Of a stretch of 64,000 nt of DNA, positions 1-9,894 are shown piece after piece. The stretch's first letter is position 1; each line of letters opens with the position of its first letter. Under the pieces are notes generated by a model. That model had not been told where the DNA came from. It worked only from the letters and a program-made list of their open reading frames with translations, and did no database searches. Source of the stretch: Snowella sp. (GTDB taxonomy: Bacteria > Cyanobacteriota > Cyanobacteriia > Cyanobacteriales > Microcystaceae); the NCBI GenBank assembly GCA_035285545.1, contig JAYKGY010000022.1:16245-80244 (forward strand), written 5' to 3'. The position numbers and the translations under genes are program-made.

Positions 1-213
1 TATTTCTTCTGGCCGAGAAATGATGCTTGGCAGCAACTCAAAGATGAATTAGAAGCTAAACACTGGATTTCCGAGAATGATCGCATTGATATTCTCAACC
101 AGGCAACCGAAGTTATTAACTATTGGCAAGACCTGAAAAATCAAAATAAACTGGTTCCAATGGCAGAAGCCCAAAGCAAATTTCAAGACGTTGTTTTTAG
201 TGGCAGCAATTAA
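1..213 (+). CDS. ycf65: 30S ribosomal protein PSRP-3/Ycf65, 5'-truncated by window edge
   Basis: Frame 1 reads [43 protein letters not shown]...SGSN*; the YFFWPRxDAW and [12 protein letters not shown] motifs are typical of PSRP-3. Confidence 0.9.
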   Translation, partial: YFFWPRNDAWQQLKDELEAKHWISENDRIDILNQATEVINYWQDLKNQNKLVPMAEAQSKFQDVVFSGSN

Positions 214-252
214 AAAGCTTTATTTTGATCATCGTAATTATATTAAGCAATT

Positions 253-281
253 AAGGGCAGGAAAAGATTCTGTCCTTTTTT
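253..281 (+). terminator. Rho-independent terminator after ycf65
   Basis: AAGGGCAGGA / TTCTGTCCTT stem followed by a T-run. Confidence 0.65.
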
Positions 282-369
282 ATAATAAATTTTTAGTAAA
301 TTGATTAAAACTTGTAACTTTGTTTCCATAATCATTGCTAACTCAAAGGATTTAACCGTGTTCATTGGT

Positions 370-447
370 GTCAACTTAAAGCAATGGATACTATTATGTC
401 CTTAGCCATAGAAGCTGATTTTACTTTTAATTAAGTTGACTTACTTA
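370..447. repeat. Short inverted-repeat (MITE/SDR-like) element
   Basis: GTCAACTTAA (370-379) and TTAAGTTGAC (431-440) are a perfect inverted pair; the same half-site recurs at 23871-23880. Confidence 0.5.
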
Positions 448-543
448 ATCAAGTTTTTGAAAAAAATATTAACATTCATTCTTTAGTAGCCTTAAACCGA
501 ATATGATTGGTTGATTATCGAAACTGAATACTAATGGGGGGTA

Positions 544-1668
544 ATGCATACGATGAACACCGCAGTAATGCTTGATATTGGCATCGGATTAGTTATTGTC
601 TATATTGCTGGTGCGCTATTAGTCTCAGGTATTCAAGAACTACTTGCCTCTCTTTTAAGATGGCGGGCTAAGGACTTAAAAGAAGCTATCTTGCAAATGA
701 TGTTAAATTATAATGCGACCAATTCAGATGACCCTGAGCAAATAGACGACTTAAAGAAAGCTCAAGAACTGAGACAAGCAATTTATAATAATGCCTTAGT
801 CCAGAGCTTGAATCATACGTCAGTGACCTTTTTAGTACAAAAAAGTCATAAAGATGGAACCAGCTTACAAGATAAATATAAAAAGCTTTTTGCCCATGCC
901 GACCCTAGTTATCTTCCCTCCACAACCTTCGCTACCGTTTTAATTCAGCAGTTACAAGGGGATCTCGCAAGGATGCTAACCGATCCAGAAAAATCGAAAA
1001 CTTCCGATTCTATTTATGCCATTCAATCCTCGATTAAAAATTCTGATAAAATCCCTAATTCTCTTAAAGAAACCCTAATTTCTTTGACCGATAGAATTGC
1101 TTTAAAAACGGATCAAGCTGATAATAAATTACTATTATTTCAACAAGAAATCGAAGCCTGGTTTGATCGATCAATGCAAAGGGCTTCGGGAGTTTATAAA
1201 CGAAATACTCAACTTTTGTGTTTTAGTTTAGGTTTTTTAGTCACGATTTTATTTAATTTAGATTCTATTTATATTGCAGAAAGACTGTCCTACGATACGG
1301 CAATGCGGACAACCTTAGCGGGGGGAGCCGAAACCATTATTCAAAATTCACAGCAATCTAATGGAAATTCTGCTAATACCGCGACTCCAAGCTTAAATCA
1401 GGAAAAATTAGCCGCGAATATCAATGCCATTGTGGGTAATACGCCGATGATTGCTCCGATCACAGAAAATGCAGGTAATTTAGTTGATTGTCCTAATAAC
1501 AATTTAAATTGCCCGATTTATGCAGGTTCTCCCAATTTCGGAAAGTCCTTATCGGCTTTATTAGGATGGCTCATTACAGCGATGGCAATTTATATGGGAG
1601 CACCTTTCTGGTTTGACGTGCTGGGTAAATTTGTCAATGTTCGTTCGACGGGGGGCAAGTCCAAGTAA
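544..1668 (+). CDS. Conserved hypothetical membrane protein
   Basis: 374-aa ORF with an N-terminal TM (LDIGIGLVIVY...IQELLASLLRWRA), WFDRSMQRASGVYKR and a C-terminal GWLITAMAIYMGAPFWFDVL; resembles a widespread uncharacterised cyanobacterial family. Confidence 0.8.
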   Translation: MHTMNTAVMLDIGIGLVIVYIAGALLVSGIQELLASLLRWRAKDLKEAILQMMLNYNATNSDDPEQIDDLKKAQELRQAIYNNALVQSLNHTSVTFLVQKSHKDGTSLQDKYKKLFAHADPSYLPSTTFATVLIQQLQGDLARMLTDPEKSKTSDSIYAIQSSIKNSDKIPNSLKETLISLTDRIALKTDQADNKLLLFQQEIEAWFDRSMQRASGVYKRNTQLLCFSLGFLVTILFNLDSIYIAERLSYDTAMRTTLAGGAETIIQNSQQSNGNSANTATPSLNQEKLAANINAIVGNTPMIAPITENAGNLVDCPNNNLNCPIYAGSPNFGKSLSALLGWLITAMAIYMGAPFWFDVLGKFVNVRSTGGKSK

Positions 1669-2046
1669 ATGAAGAAAGTTAGATTTAATGAGGATTTTTA
1701 TGAAATAATTGATATTAAGCTCTTCTAAACCCATAGATTTAAGTATTTATACTTGTTTTGTCTCGGATTCCGTTGGTGATGTTTCTCAGTGAGTTTTTAT
1801 TAACGAAGAATGTTAATCCATGTCTTAGATTCCGAGTCTGATGCCCAATCCCTGGGAACGACAGTGGTATAATTGGAAGGGTTAAAATTTGTAACATTTC
1901 TTAACCTTGTCTGTCGTCGATATGCGATGTTTAACTTCTCTCTCTGGGAGAATGAAAAAATTTAATCGGTGTTGGCCCTCGTTTAATTGGTTTCTACGTG
2001 CTTGTGAGTAGCGTGAAACAACTATCAGAAAACTCTTGACTCTTTT

Positions 2047-2775
2047 ATGGTTTCTTCCTTACAGCAACAGCGAGCGATTATCACAGGGGCCAGTAGTGGT
2101 ATTGGCAAAGCAACTGCTCTCAAGTTTGCGGAAGCTGGCTGTAATCTGGTTCTAGTCGCCCGTTCTTCTGAGAAATTAACGTTGGTTGCGGAGGAAGTGT
2201 CTGCTTTTGGGGTAGAAGCCAAAATTTATCCCCTTGACTTATCGCAAGTTGCGGAGGTTCAGTCGCGTTTTGAGGCGATCGCCCAAGACTCTGGCCCCAT
2301 CGATTTTTTAATCAATAATGCGGGCATGGGATATACCAATCTACTCAGGGATACGTCGATTACGGATTGGCAACAGGTGTTAGACCTCAATTTAACCAGC
2401 ATTTTTCAAGCGACGATGGGGGTGTTACCTTCGATGCGTGATCGCAAACAAGGAACTATCATTCATATCGCCTCTATTGCTGCAAACATCGCTTTTCCTA
2501 ACTGGGGAGCCTATTGTGTGAGCAAGGCCGCGCTTGTCACCTTTGCTAAAGTCTTAGCGATCGAGGAAAGAGAAAACGGGATTCGGGTGATGACCATTTC
2601 CCCTGGATCGGTTAATACGCCTATTTGGGACACGGACACTGTTCAAGCAGACTTTGACCGTGCCTTAATGTTGACCCCAGACATTGTTGCCCAGACGATC
2701 CTCCAAGCGGCCCTTCTCCCCCTAGAAGTCGTTATTGATGAAATGACGATTATTTCTAATGCGGGAACTCTATAA
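2047..2775 (+). CDS. SDR family oxidoreductase
   Basis: TGASSGIG Rossmann motif, NNAG, catalytic YCVSK; directly upstream of folE. Confidence 0.92.
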   Translation: MVSSLQQQRAIITGASSGIGKATALKFAEAGCNLVLVARSSEKLTLVAEEVSAFGVEAKIYPLDLSQVAEVQSRFEAIAQDSGPIDFLINNAGMGYTNLLRDTSITDWQQVLDLNLTSIFQATMGVLPSMRDRKQGTIIHIASIAANIAFPNWGAYCVSKAALVTFAKVLAIEERENGIRVMTISPGSVNTPIWDTDTVQADFDRALMLTPDIVAQTILQAALLPLEVVIDEMTIISNAGTL

Positions 2776-2806
2776 ATTTAAACCTAAGTATCGAACTTCT
2801 TAAATT

Positions 2807-3526
2807 ATGACAATTGCCTCTACTTCCAATTTCGACTCTTCCACTAACGGCAAAGAAATTTCCACTTCTCAGTTTTCAGAGCGCGTTCTAACCCGTCCTG
2901 ATCGCAATACCCACGATGGTCAAGTGGCTCAAGTTCACCCCGAAGCGATCGAAATCAGCAAAGAAAAAATGATGGATTCTGTCCGCTCCATCCTAGAAGC
3001 CGTGGGAGAAGATCCAGAACGGGAAGGACTCTTGAAAACGCCTAAACGAGTCGCTGAGGCAATGCAGTTTTTGACCCAGGGCTATAATCAATCCTTAGAA
3101 AAATTGGTTAATGGAGCCATTTTTGACGAAGGCCATAATGAAATGGTCTTAGTCCGAGATATTGACTTTTTTAGCCTCTGTGAACACCACATGTTACCCT
3201 TTATGGGCAGAGCGCACGTTGCCTATATTCCCAATCAAAAAGTGGTTGGTTTAAGCAAATTAGCCCGAATTGTGGAAATGTATTCACGACGGTTACAAGT
3301 CCAAGAGCGTTTAACCCGACAAATTGCAGAAGCGATTCAAGAAATCCTTGAGCCTCAAGGTGTGGCTGTGGTGATGGAAGCAACCCACATGTGTATGGTA
3401 ATGCGGGGAGTACAAAAACCAGGTTCTTGGACGGTCACAAGTGCCATGATTGGATCTTTCCAAGATGAACAAAAAACTCGCGAAGAATTTTTAAATCTGA
3501 TCCGCCATCAACCGAATTTTTTCTAG
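2807..3526 (+). CDS. folE: GTP cyclohydrolase I
   Basis: [46 protein letters not shown]. Confidence 0.97.
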   Translation: MTIASTSNFDSSTNGKEISTSQFSERVLTRPDRNTHDGQVAQVHPEAIEISKEKMMDSVRSILEAVGEDPEREGLLKTPKRVAEAMQFLTQGYNQSLEKLVNGAIFDEGHNEMVLVRDIDFFSLCEHHMLPFMGRAHVAYIPNQKVVGLSKLARIVEMYSRRLQVQERLTRQIAEAIQEILEPQGVAVVMEATHMCMVMRGVQKPGSWTVTSAMIGSFQDEQKTREEFLNLIRHQPNFF

Positions 3527-3546
3527 ATTAAATTTATAAAATGATG

Positions 3547-3587
3547 AAAAAATCCCGATTTCTAAAGTTCTAGAGATCGGGTTTCTT
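3547..3587. terminator. Bidirectional terminator between convergent folE and ndk
   Basis: CCCGATTTCTA / TAGAGATCGGG stem flanked by an A-run and a T-rich tail. Confidence 0.65.
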
Positions 3588-3622
3588 GTTGAGTTAAATG
3601 CTTAGATTATTTCAATTGTCGA

Positions 3623-4072
3623 TTATTCGTAAAGCCAAGCGGTTGTGGTACGTTCCCAATCAACTAACTCTTCTTTGTTAAACCAGAGGCTAATTTCGTG
3701 CTGAGCAGTTTCGATCGCGTCTGAACCATGAATCAGATTACGACCAATGCTAACGCCAAAATCTCCCCGAATCGTTCCTGGGGCAGCCGTTAAAGGATTC
3801 GTTGCACCAATTAAGTTTCTAGCAGCCGCAACCACGCCATCGCCTTCCCAAACCATCGCTACCACGGGTGAAGAACAAATAAATTCAACTAAACTGCCAA
3901 AAAAGGGTCTTTCTTTATGAACGCCGTAGTGTTTTTCAGCTAAATCTTTAGAAACGGAGACTAATTTCAATCCAACCAGTTTAAATCCTTTGGTTTCAAA
4001 GCGACGAATAACTTCCCCAACGAGATTGCGTTGTACGCCGTCGGGTTTAACCATGATAAATGTGCGTTCCAT
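3623..4072 (-). CDS. ndk: Nucleoside diphosphate kinase
   Basis: [28 protein letters not shown]. Confidence 0.98.
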   Translation of the reverse strand: MERTFIMVKPDGVQRNLVGEVIRRFETKGFKLVGLKLVSVSKDLAEKHYGVHKERPFFGSLVEFICSSPVVAMVWEGDGVVAAARNLIGATNPLTAAPGTIRGDFGVSIGRNLIHGSDAIETAQHEISLWFNKEELVDWERTTTAWLYE

Positions 4073-4155
4073 TGTGCCTCTTAAGTGTGATCGTTACAAT
4101 TTGTCACAAGCCTAAGTTCCTATTTTACAGGTATTGATCCCCCAGATTTTTGGGT

Positions 4156-4734
4156 TTACCAATAGGTTTGATAAAACTGGAGCCGTCCTACCCCTAAATA
4201 CATCGGAGCCGCGATCGAGCCATCAGGCACAGCCGTTACTCCGAATAAATAAATCCCACTTACCGAAGGATTACGATAGGGTTTCAGTCCAACCGTCACC
4301 GTTGTACCAGGGGGAACAGGTGGATCAAAGATCACAGTCATGGTGTTATTGTCAGGATTCCATTGGCTAGATTGCAGCGTTAAGGCATTGCCCCGATTGT
4401 CACGACTGCCAACGAAAGCCACGGTTTGATCGGGATAAAAATCTAACATCTCTGGACTGGGTTTTTGTTGAATCACTAATTGTTTAAGCGGTTCTCCCGC
4501 ATCGGCAGGTAAGGAAACCGTGAAATAATACTTAGCGGCCCAAACCCAAATTTCCTTATAAGTGGTCGAAGCCTCCAAAAGTAATGGTGTCTTATCAAAA
4601 AAAGTTTGCCCATTGGCTAATTGGCCCGCAAAAGAAGGCGATGACAAACCTTGTGTTGTTAATAAACCACTGATTAGGAGAAATTCCCAAGATGGTAGTG
4701 ATTTAAGCATTGTCTCCTCCTGCGGGGATATCAA
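4156..4734 (-). CDS. DUF2808 domain protein (exported)
   Basis: Signal-like N-terminus; YYFTVSLPADAGEPL, FDPPVPPGTTVTVGL..RNP...GIYLFGVTA. Confidence 0.8.
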   Translation of the reverse strand: MISPQEETMLKSLPSWEFLLISGLLTTQGLSSPSFAGQLANGQTFFDKTPLLLEASTTYKEIWVWAAKYYFTVSLPADAGEPLKQLVIQQKPSPEMLDFYPDQTVAFVGSRDNRGNALTLQSSQWNPDNNTMTVIFDPPVPPGTTVTVGLKPYRNPSVSGIYLFGVTAVPDGSIAAPMYLGVGRLQFYQTYW

Positions 4735-4799
4735 ATATTTAGATTGAAACCGTCAGCGATCGCCGTTAATTTTTTATAAATCTCAACAGCGATACAACA

Positions 4800-5888
4800 T
4801 TAAACAGGCTTGAAAGCAACCCAATATTTACTCACTAAATGCTGAGTTATTTTGATTTGTTCAAACCCTGCGATTTCTAGTCGTTTAACCAGATCATCAT
4901 TAATGTAATGACGAAAATAGGGTTCATGGAATAGGGTACGGAAATTTTCCATGATGGGTTGAAACTCAGGCGAATCAATGGCTTGGATCGAATCGCAGAT
5001 CACAAACACTCCCCCTGGTTTGAGGACGCGAAACGCTTCTTCAATGACATTTTGTCGAGCTTTAGGCGGTAACTCATGGAAGAGGAAAACACTGGTAATG
5101 CCTTGAAAATAATTCGATAAATAGGGCAAGGCTTCTGCATTTGCCTGGATTAATTGGGGCAATTCATCTCCGCTTTGGGACAATAGCTGATTGGCTTTCC
5201 TCAAATAAGCAGGGGATAAATCCACGCCAAATAAGGAGGCTTTGGGAAAGGTCGCCCGTAACATTTTCAGCGATCGCCCCGTTCCACAAGCAATATCTAG
5301 GATCTTTAACGCCTGATCAGGTACATCAGCAAAATAGGATAAGCCTTCTTTTACTAACTTGAGAATCCGACGACGCATGGCATCAGCCGCCCCATTAAAT
5401 AAAATCTCCACCTGTAAATCGTAGAGATTAGCCGACATATCACTGAGATAACCATCGGTTTGATAGTGGAAATTTTGTAAATAATAAGGAGGATAGCCTT
5501 CTAAATCAATCTCTTCAGAAAAGGCTTGATATTTCCCCTCAGCTTTGCGTTGCCAAATATCTGGCATATTTAACCAGACCAACGGATAATAGCGTAGAAA
5601 ATCCTGCCACTCTTGGTCAAACAATAAACTGGCGGGATAAACGCCTGCTTCTGCATCTTGCCAATCTTCCGCTAACAGATCATTGCGTAACCCTTGTAAT
5701 TTAGTCATTAATTCAGGGCTTAGAGATTGTGGCTTTTTCGTCTCTTTAGGCATTACCCAATCGGTAAGCTGGGTTGCGAGGGTTTTGTGGGCTAAGCCTC
5801 CAGCCGCCATGCCATCTTGTAGGGTTTGATAAACAAATTTAACCCAGTCGGTCGGAATAAACGTGTCTAGTTCTAGCGGCGATCGCAT
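4800..5888 (-). CDS. Class I SAM-dependent methyltransferase
   Basis: ILDIACGTG motif I, GVDLSPAYL, FLFHELP, RVLKPGG; YPPYYLQNFHYQTDGYLS family motif. Confidence 0.9.
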   Translation of the reverse strand: MRSPLELDTFIPTDWVKFVYQTLQDGMAAGGLAHKTLATQLTDWVMPKETKKPQSLSPELMTKLQGLRNDLLAEDWQDAEAGVYPASLLFDQEWQDFLRYYPLVWLNMPDIWQRKAEGKYQAFSEEIDLEGYPPYYLQNFHYQTDGYLSDMSANLYDLQVEILFNGAADAMRRRILKLVKEGLSYFADVPDQALKILDIACGTGRSLKMLRATFPKASLFGVDLSPAYLRKANQLLSQSGDELPQLIQANAEALPYLSNYFQGITSVFLFHELPPKARQNVIEEAFRVLKPGGVFVICDSIQAIDSPEFQPIMENFRTLFHEPYFRHYINDDLVKRLEIAGFEQIKITQHLVSKYWVAFKPV

Positions 5889-5974
5889 AATGATTCAGAA
5901 AAATTTTATTATTTTTACTATGTAAATTAAACCAAAATTGCTCGAATTCAATACTCTAGCCTCAAGCACAATCT

Positions 5975-6322
5975 CTATAAACCTTGAGATTTAAGTAAAT
6001 TGGTTAAATATTGATGTAATTCATCCGCAGTAAAATATTGTTCGTCTTCCATTGGTTTAACCTTTGCAAACCAAGGTTTTGGTGCGGCGGGCTTAAACAC
6101 AGTAGTTGTATCATTTGATTTACTTGGATCAAAACTGGGATAAGGTGTTGATTCACCACAGGCATACAATAGTTTTGCTTCAACTGCACGCCGACACAAA
6201 TCTAAAAGTTTTTCTCGAAATCCCAGAGAGGTGCCGTCTCTTCGATAAGGCATAACTTGACTACCAGAAGGGGTTGGCGGATACTCTGGAACAGATGACG
6301 GATTTCGAGGGACATATTTCAT
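5975..6322 (-). CDS. Hypothetical protein (start uncertain: 6367, 6322 or 6253)
   Basis: Open frame of up to 130 aa with plausible protein composition; head-to-head with 6321..6854. Confidence 0.5.
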   Translation of the reverse strand: MKYVPRNPSSVPEYPPTPSGSQVMPYRRDGTSLGFREKLLDLCRRAVEAKLLYACGESTPYPSFDPSKSNDTTTVFKPAAPKPWFAKVKPMEDEQYFTADELHQYLTNLLKSQGL

Positions 6323-6854
6323 GGCAAAAAATGAAAATGAAGCTAACGATACTACAGATTCTAACAATTTAGACTTAATTTATGAATACACTCAGGCTAT
6401 TCTGAAAGCTTTTGACGAAGATACAAGAGCAATTAATGCAAAGTTAGGAACCATCATTGCTTTTAATGGTGTTCTTATCAGAATTTCAATGGATTTACCC
6501 GATCAATCAGAAAATATTAATGAAATCTCCTGTTATACTTGTTTAATCATTAAAATTGCAATTTATCTACTGTTGATAGCTTCAATCTGGATTAGTATTA
6601 CTGGATTAAAAACTCGTCCTTCCTACTCAGTCGTTAGTCCAGGTGAACTATTAGATAATTGGTATGCAGTGGATAGCGAAATATGCAAAATTTTTATTGT
6701 CAAAGGATTAAGAGAAACGGTTGAGGGAATTGATCGAGAAAGAGCAGAAAAATCTAATCAGCTTAATCAGGCGTTAGTATTATTAGCGATCGCTGTCAGT
6801 TTATATGGATTAGGTGCCTTATTTTCGAGTTTGATGAATTTAATCAATCATTAA
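6321..6854 (+). CDS. Hypothetical 3-TM membrane protein, Pycsar-effector (PycTM/DUF5706)-like layout
   Basis: INAKLGTIIAFNGVLI (TM1), CYTC-LIIKIAIYLLLIASIWISITGLKTRP (TM2), EKSNQLNQALVLLAIAVSLYGLGALF (TM3). Confidence 0.7.
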   Translation: MAKNENEANDTTDSNNLDLIYEYTQAILKAFDEDTRAINAKLGTIIAFNGVLIRISMDLPDQSENINEISCYTCLIIKIAIYLLLIASIWISITGLKTRPSYSVVSPGELLDNWYAVDSEICKIFIVKGLRETVEGIDRERAEKSNQLNQALVLLAIAVSLYGLGALFSSLMNLINH

Positions 6855-6971
6855 GTGTTGGGGCCAGTGACCAAGCTTTACAAACATGAATCGTTGCCCT
6901 CATCATTATTCTTTGTTGATAACCACTAAATTTATTTAAAATTTGTCTATTTTAATTTTGAGATAAAAGCT

Positions 6972-7745
6972 ATGACCCCCAATTTAGACCGTCCTATTCT
7001 CGCTGCTCACAATCTCTGCAAAAACTTTGGTGGACTCAAAGCCGTTAATAATGCTCAAATTTCAGTCAATTCAGGCAGTATTACGGGGCTTATTGGCCCA
7101 AACGGTGCAGGCAAAACGACTTTATTTAATTTACTTTCTAATTTCATTCGTCCTGACGCAGGAGAAGTTATTTTTGATGGTAAACCGATTCACACGCTTC
7201 AGCCCTACAAAATTGCCCTAGAAGGCTGTATCCGAACTTTTCAAGTGGCTAGAGTTCTTTCCCGTCTGACGGTATTGGAAAATATGTTGTTGGCAACGCA
7301 GCAACAAACAGGTGAAAAATTTTTTAAGCTATGGATCAATCAGGGACAAATTAAACAGGAAGAACGGCAAAATCGAGAAAAAGCGTTATCTATCTTAGAA
7401 TCAGTCGGTTTAATTGCCAAAGCGCAGGATTATGCAGGGGCGTTATCGGGGGGGCAACGCAAGCTCTTAGAAATGGCCAGAACCTTAATGACTGACCCCA
7501 AGTTGATTTTATTAGATGAACCCGCAGCAGGCGTTAACCCCACCTTAATTGGCCAAATTTGTGAACATATCGTCAATTGGAACAAACAAGGCATTTCGTT
7601 TTTGATTATTGAACATAATATGGATGTGATTATGTCCCTGTGTCATCATGTTTGGGTGTTAGCCGAAGGACAAAATCTAGCCGACGGTACGCCAGAAGAA
7701 ATCCAAAATAATCCCCAGGTTCTGGAAGCCTATTTGGGAGAATAG
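6972..7745 (+). CDS. natA: Neutral/branched-chain amino acid ABC transporter ATP-binding subunit (LivG/NatA)
   Basis: [34 protein letters not shown]; next to rpsD as in Synechocystis. Confidence 0.88.
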   Translation: MTPNLDRPILAAHNLCKNFGGLKAVNNAQISVNSGSITGLIGPNGAGKTTLFNLLSNFIRPDAGEVIFDGKPIHTLQPYKIALEGCIRTFQVARVLSRLTVLENMLLATQQQTGEKFFKLWINQGQIKQEERQNREKALSILESVGLIAKAQDYAGALSGGQRKLLEMARTLMTDPKLILLDEPAAGVNPTLIGQICEHIVNWNKQGISFLIIEHNMDVIMSLCHHVWVLAEGQNLADGTPEEIQNNPQVLEAYLGE

Positions 7746-7804
7746 CGCAAATCAGCTATAATGATAGTTTTGGGAAAGTAATCAGTCAGGAGAAACACGC
7801 TTAT

Positions 7805-8413
7805 ATGTCCCGTTATAGAGGCCCTCGTCTTCGTATTACCCGACGTTTAGGAGAATTACCCGGTTTAACTCGTAAAACTGCGCGTCGTGCCTATGCCCCT
7901 GGTCAACATGGGCAAAATCGCAAGAAACGTTCAGAATATGCCATTCGATTAGAAGAAAAACAAAAACTCCGTTTCAACTATGGTTTATCGGAAACCCAAT
8001 TGATTCGTTATGTGAAAAAAGCTCGTCGTGCGACAGGTTCTACAGGACAAGCGTTACTTGAACTGTTAGAAATGCGTTTAGATAACACTATTTTCCGGTT
8101 AGGAATGGCTGGTACGATTCCGGCTGCTCGTCAGTTAGTGAATCACGGTCACATTACAGTTAATGGTCGCGTTGTAGATATTCCGAGTTATCAGTGCCGT
8201 CCTGGGGATGTTATCGGGGTTAAAGATAGAGACCGTTCTCGTAAGTTGGTACAAGCTAATATGGAATACCCAGGGTTAGCGAATCTTCCGACTCATCTGG
8301 AATTTGATAAAAATACAATGGTGGGTAAGGTAAATAGTGTCATTGACCGAGAATGGGTTGCGCTGCAAATTAATGAACTGCTGGTAGTTGAGTACTACTC
8401 TCGGAAAGCTTAA
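7805..8413 (+). CDS. rpsD: 30S ribosomal protein S4
   Basis: [34 protein letters not shown]. Confidence 0.99.
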   Translation: MSRYRGPRLRITRRLGELPGLTRKTARRAYAPGQHGQNRKKRSEYAIRLEEKQKLRFNYGLSETQLIRYVKKARRATGSTGQALLELLEMRLDNTIFRLGMAGTIPAARQLVNHGHITVNGRVVDIPSYQCRPGDVIGVKDRDRSRKLVQANMEYPGLANLPTHLEFDKNTMVGKVNSVIDREWVALQINELLVVEYYSRKA

Positions 8414-8495
8414 GTTTTGGGATTCGGAATTGGGAAGAGCCGTCAGTTCCCAGTTCCTGGTTTTCCCAAATTATTTTTAGGATTGAGTTAACCGT

Positions 8496-9095
8496 GTGTC
8501 TGTGAGCACTACGCCAAGCATTAAACTGTTGAAAACGGCGACCCAATCAGCTTGGATTGAACAAGCGATCGCCAACTTAGATGTGATTTTATTAGACCAT
8601 TCCCACTGTGAACGAAAGGCAGCAGGAGTGGCATTAAATTTTTTGTTTCGCTATCCGTCCTATTCGGTTTTAGTCCGCAAATTAACCGCGATCGCGCAAG
8701 AAGAATTAGAACATTTTGAACAAGTAAATCAATGGCTAGAACGACGAGGTATTCCTTTAGGCCCATTGATGCCCTCTCCCTACGGAGCGCAACTGAAAAA
8801 TCAAGTCCGTCGCCAGGAACCTGAAAATTTATTGGATAGCTTATTAATTGCTGCGTTGATTGAAGCCCGTTCCCATGAACGATTAGGATTATTAGCCCAA
8901 CATTGCCCTGAACCCGATTTAGCAAAATTTTATGGCGGGTTAATGGCTTCTGAAGCTAGGCATTACGGGATTTATTGGGTATTGGCAGACACCTATTTTG
9001 AGCGAGAGCAAGTTCAAAATCGCTTGGAAGAGCTGTCAATTTTTGAAAGTGAAATTTTAAACACCTTATATCCCCACCCCCGTATTCACAGTTAA
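8496..9095 (+). CDS. miaE: tRNA-(ms2io6A)-hydroxylase
   Basis: LLDHSHCERKAA, EELEHF, LIEARSHER, SEARH di-iron motifs. Confidence 0.92.
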   Translation: MSVSTTPSIKLLKTATQSAWIEQAIANLDVILLDHSHCERKAAGVALNFLFRYPSYSVLVRKLTAIAQEELEHFEQVNQWLERRGIPLGPLMPSPYGAQLKNQVRRQEPENLLDSLLIAALIEARSHERLGLLAQHCPEPDLAKFYGGLMASEARHYGIYWVLADTYFEREQVQNRLEELSIFESEILNTLYPHPRIHS

Positions 9096-9156
9096 GTTTT
9101 GAAAGCTTTAATATACTAACTATTAAAACAGCATTTATTTTTTGTAACTGCCTACC

Positions 9157-9393
9157 ATGATGACCGTTAATGAAGCTCAACAACAACTCTCCACGCTGAT
9201 TGATACCGTTAATCAATCCCATCAACCGATTGTTATTGCGGGACAAAATAGTAATGCTGTTCTGCTATCTGAAACGGATTGGGCATCTATTCAAGAAACT
9301 TTATACTTACTTTCTATTCCAGGAATGCGAGAATCTATCCAGAAAGGGCTTCAAACCCCCATTGAAGAGTGTGATGAGAAACTAGAATGGTAA
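9157..9393 (+). CDS. yefM: Type II antitoxin, Phd/YefM family
   Basis: TVNEAQQQLSTLID..HQPIVI..NAVLLSETDWASIQETLYLLSIPGMRESI. Confidence 0.92.
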   Translation: MMTVNEAQQQLSTLIDTVNQSHQPIVIAGQNSNAVLLSETDWASIQETLYLLSIPGMRESIQKGLQTPIEECDEKLEW

Positions 9394-9653
9394 AATGGAA
9401 GCTCGTGTATACTAAGCAAGCGCAAAAAGATGCCAAAAAGCTTAATGCTAGTCATCTACGAGAAAAAACAGAAAAAATTCTGAATATAATCCAAATTAAT
9501 CCTTTTCAAAATCCGCCGCCTTACGAAAAGTTAATTGGTGATTTAGAGGGAGCCTATTCTCGACGAATTAACAATCAACACCGTTTATTGTATGAAATTA
9601 TTGAAGCCGAACACAAGATAAAGGTGTTAAGGATGTGGACACACTACGAATAA
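9387..9653 (+). CDS. yoeB: Type II toxin, Txe/YoeB family
   Basis: NPPPYEKLIGDLEGAYSRRINNQHRLLY..RMWTHYE; overlaps the antitoxin stop. Confidence 0.93.
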   Translation: MVKWKLVYTKQAQKDAKKLNASHLREKTEKILNIIQINPFQNPPPYEKLIGDLEGAYSRRINNQHRLLYEIIEAEHKIKVLRMWTHYE

Positions 9654-9894
9654 ATGTGATCCAATGATCTAAACCACAAGGATTGAACTAAAGCGAAAAA
9701 GATTTGCTCATGATGTAAAGGATCAGTCAGCTACAATTTACAAAAAAATACAGCGATCGCATACAATCAGCACTCATCGCATTTATAGTAATTAGAGAAA
9801 AAATATAAATCCTGAGATAATCAACATTTAGACCGATACGTCTAAGTATGTAAAGTGGTACGAAGCATTGGGCTGGGTAAAGGATAAAACAAGA

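Noticed and set aside
8521..9246. Antisense ORFs over miaE/yefM, and similar nested ORFs elsewhere in the track
   Set aside because: They overlap well-supported genes and have no protein motifs
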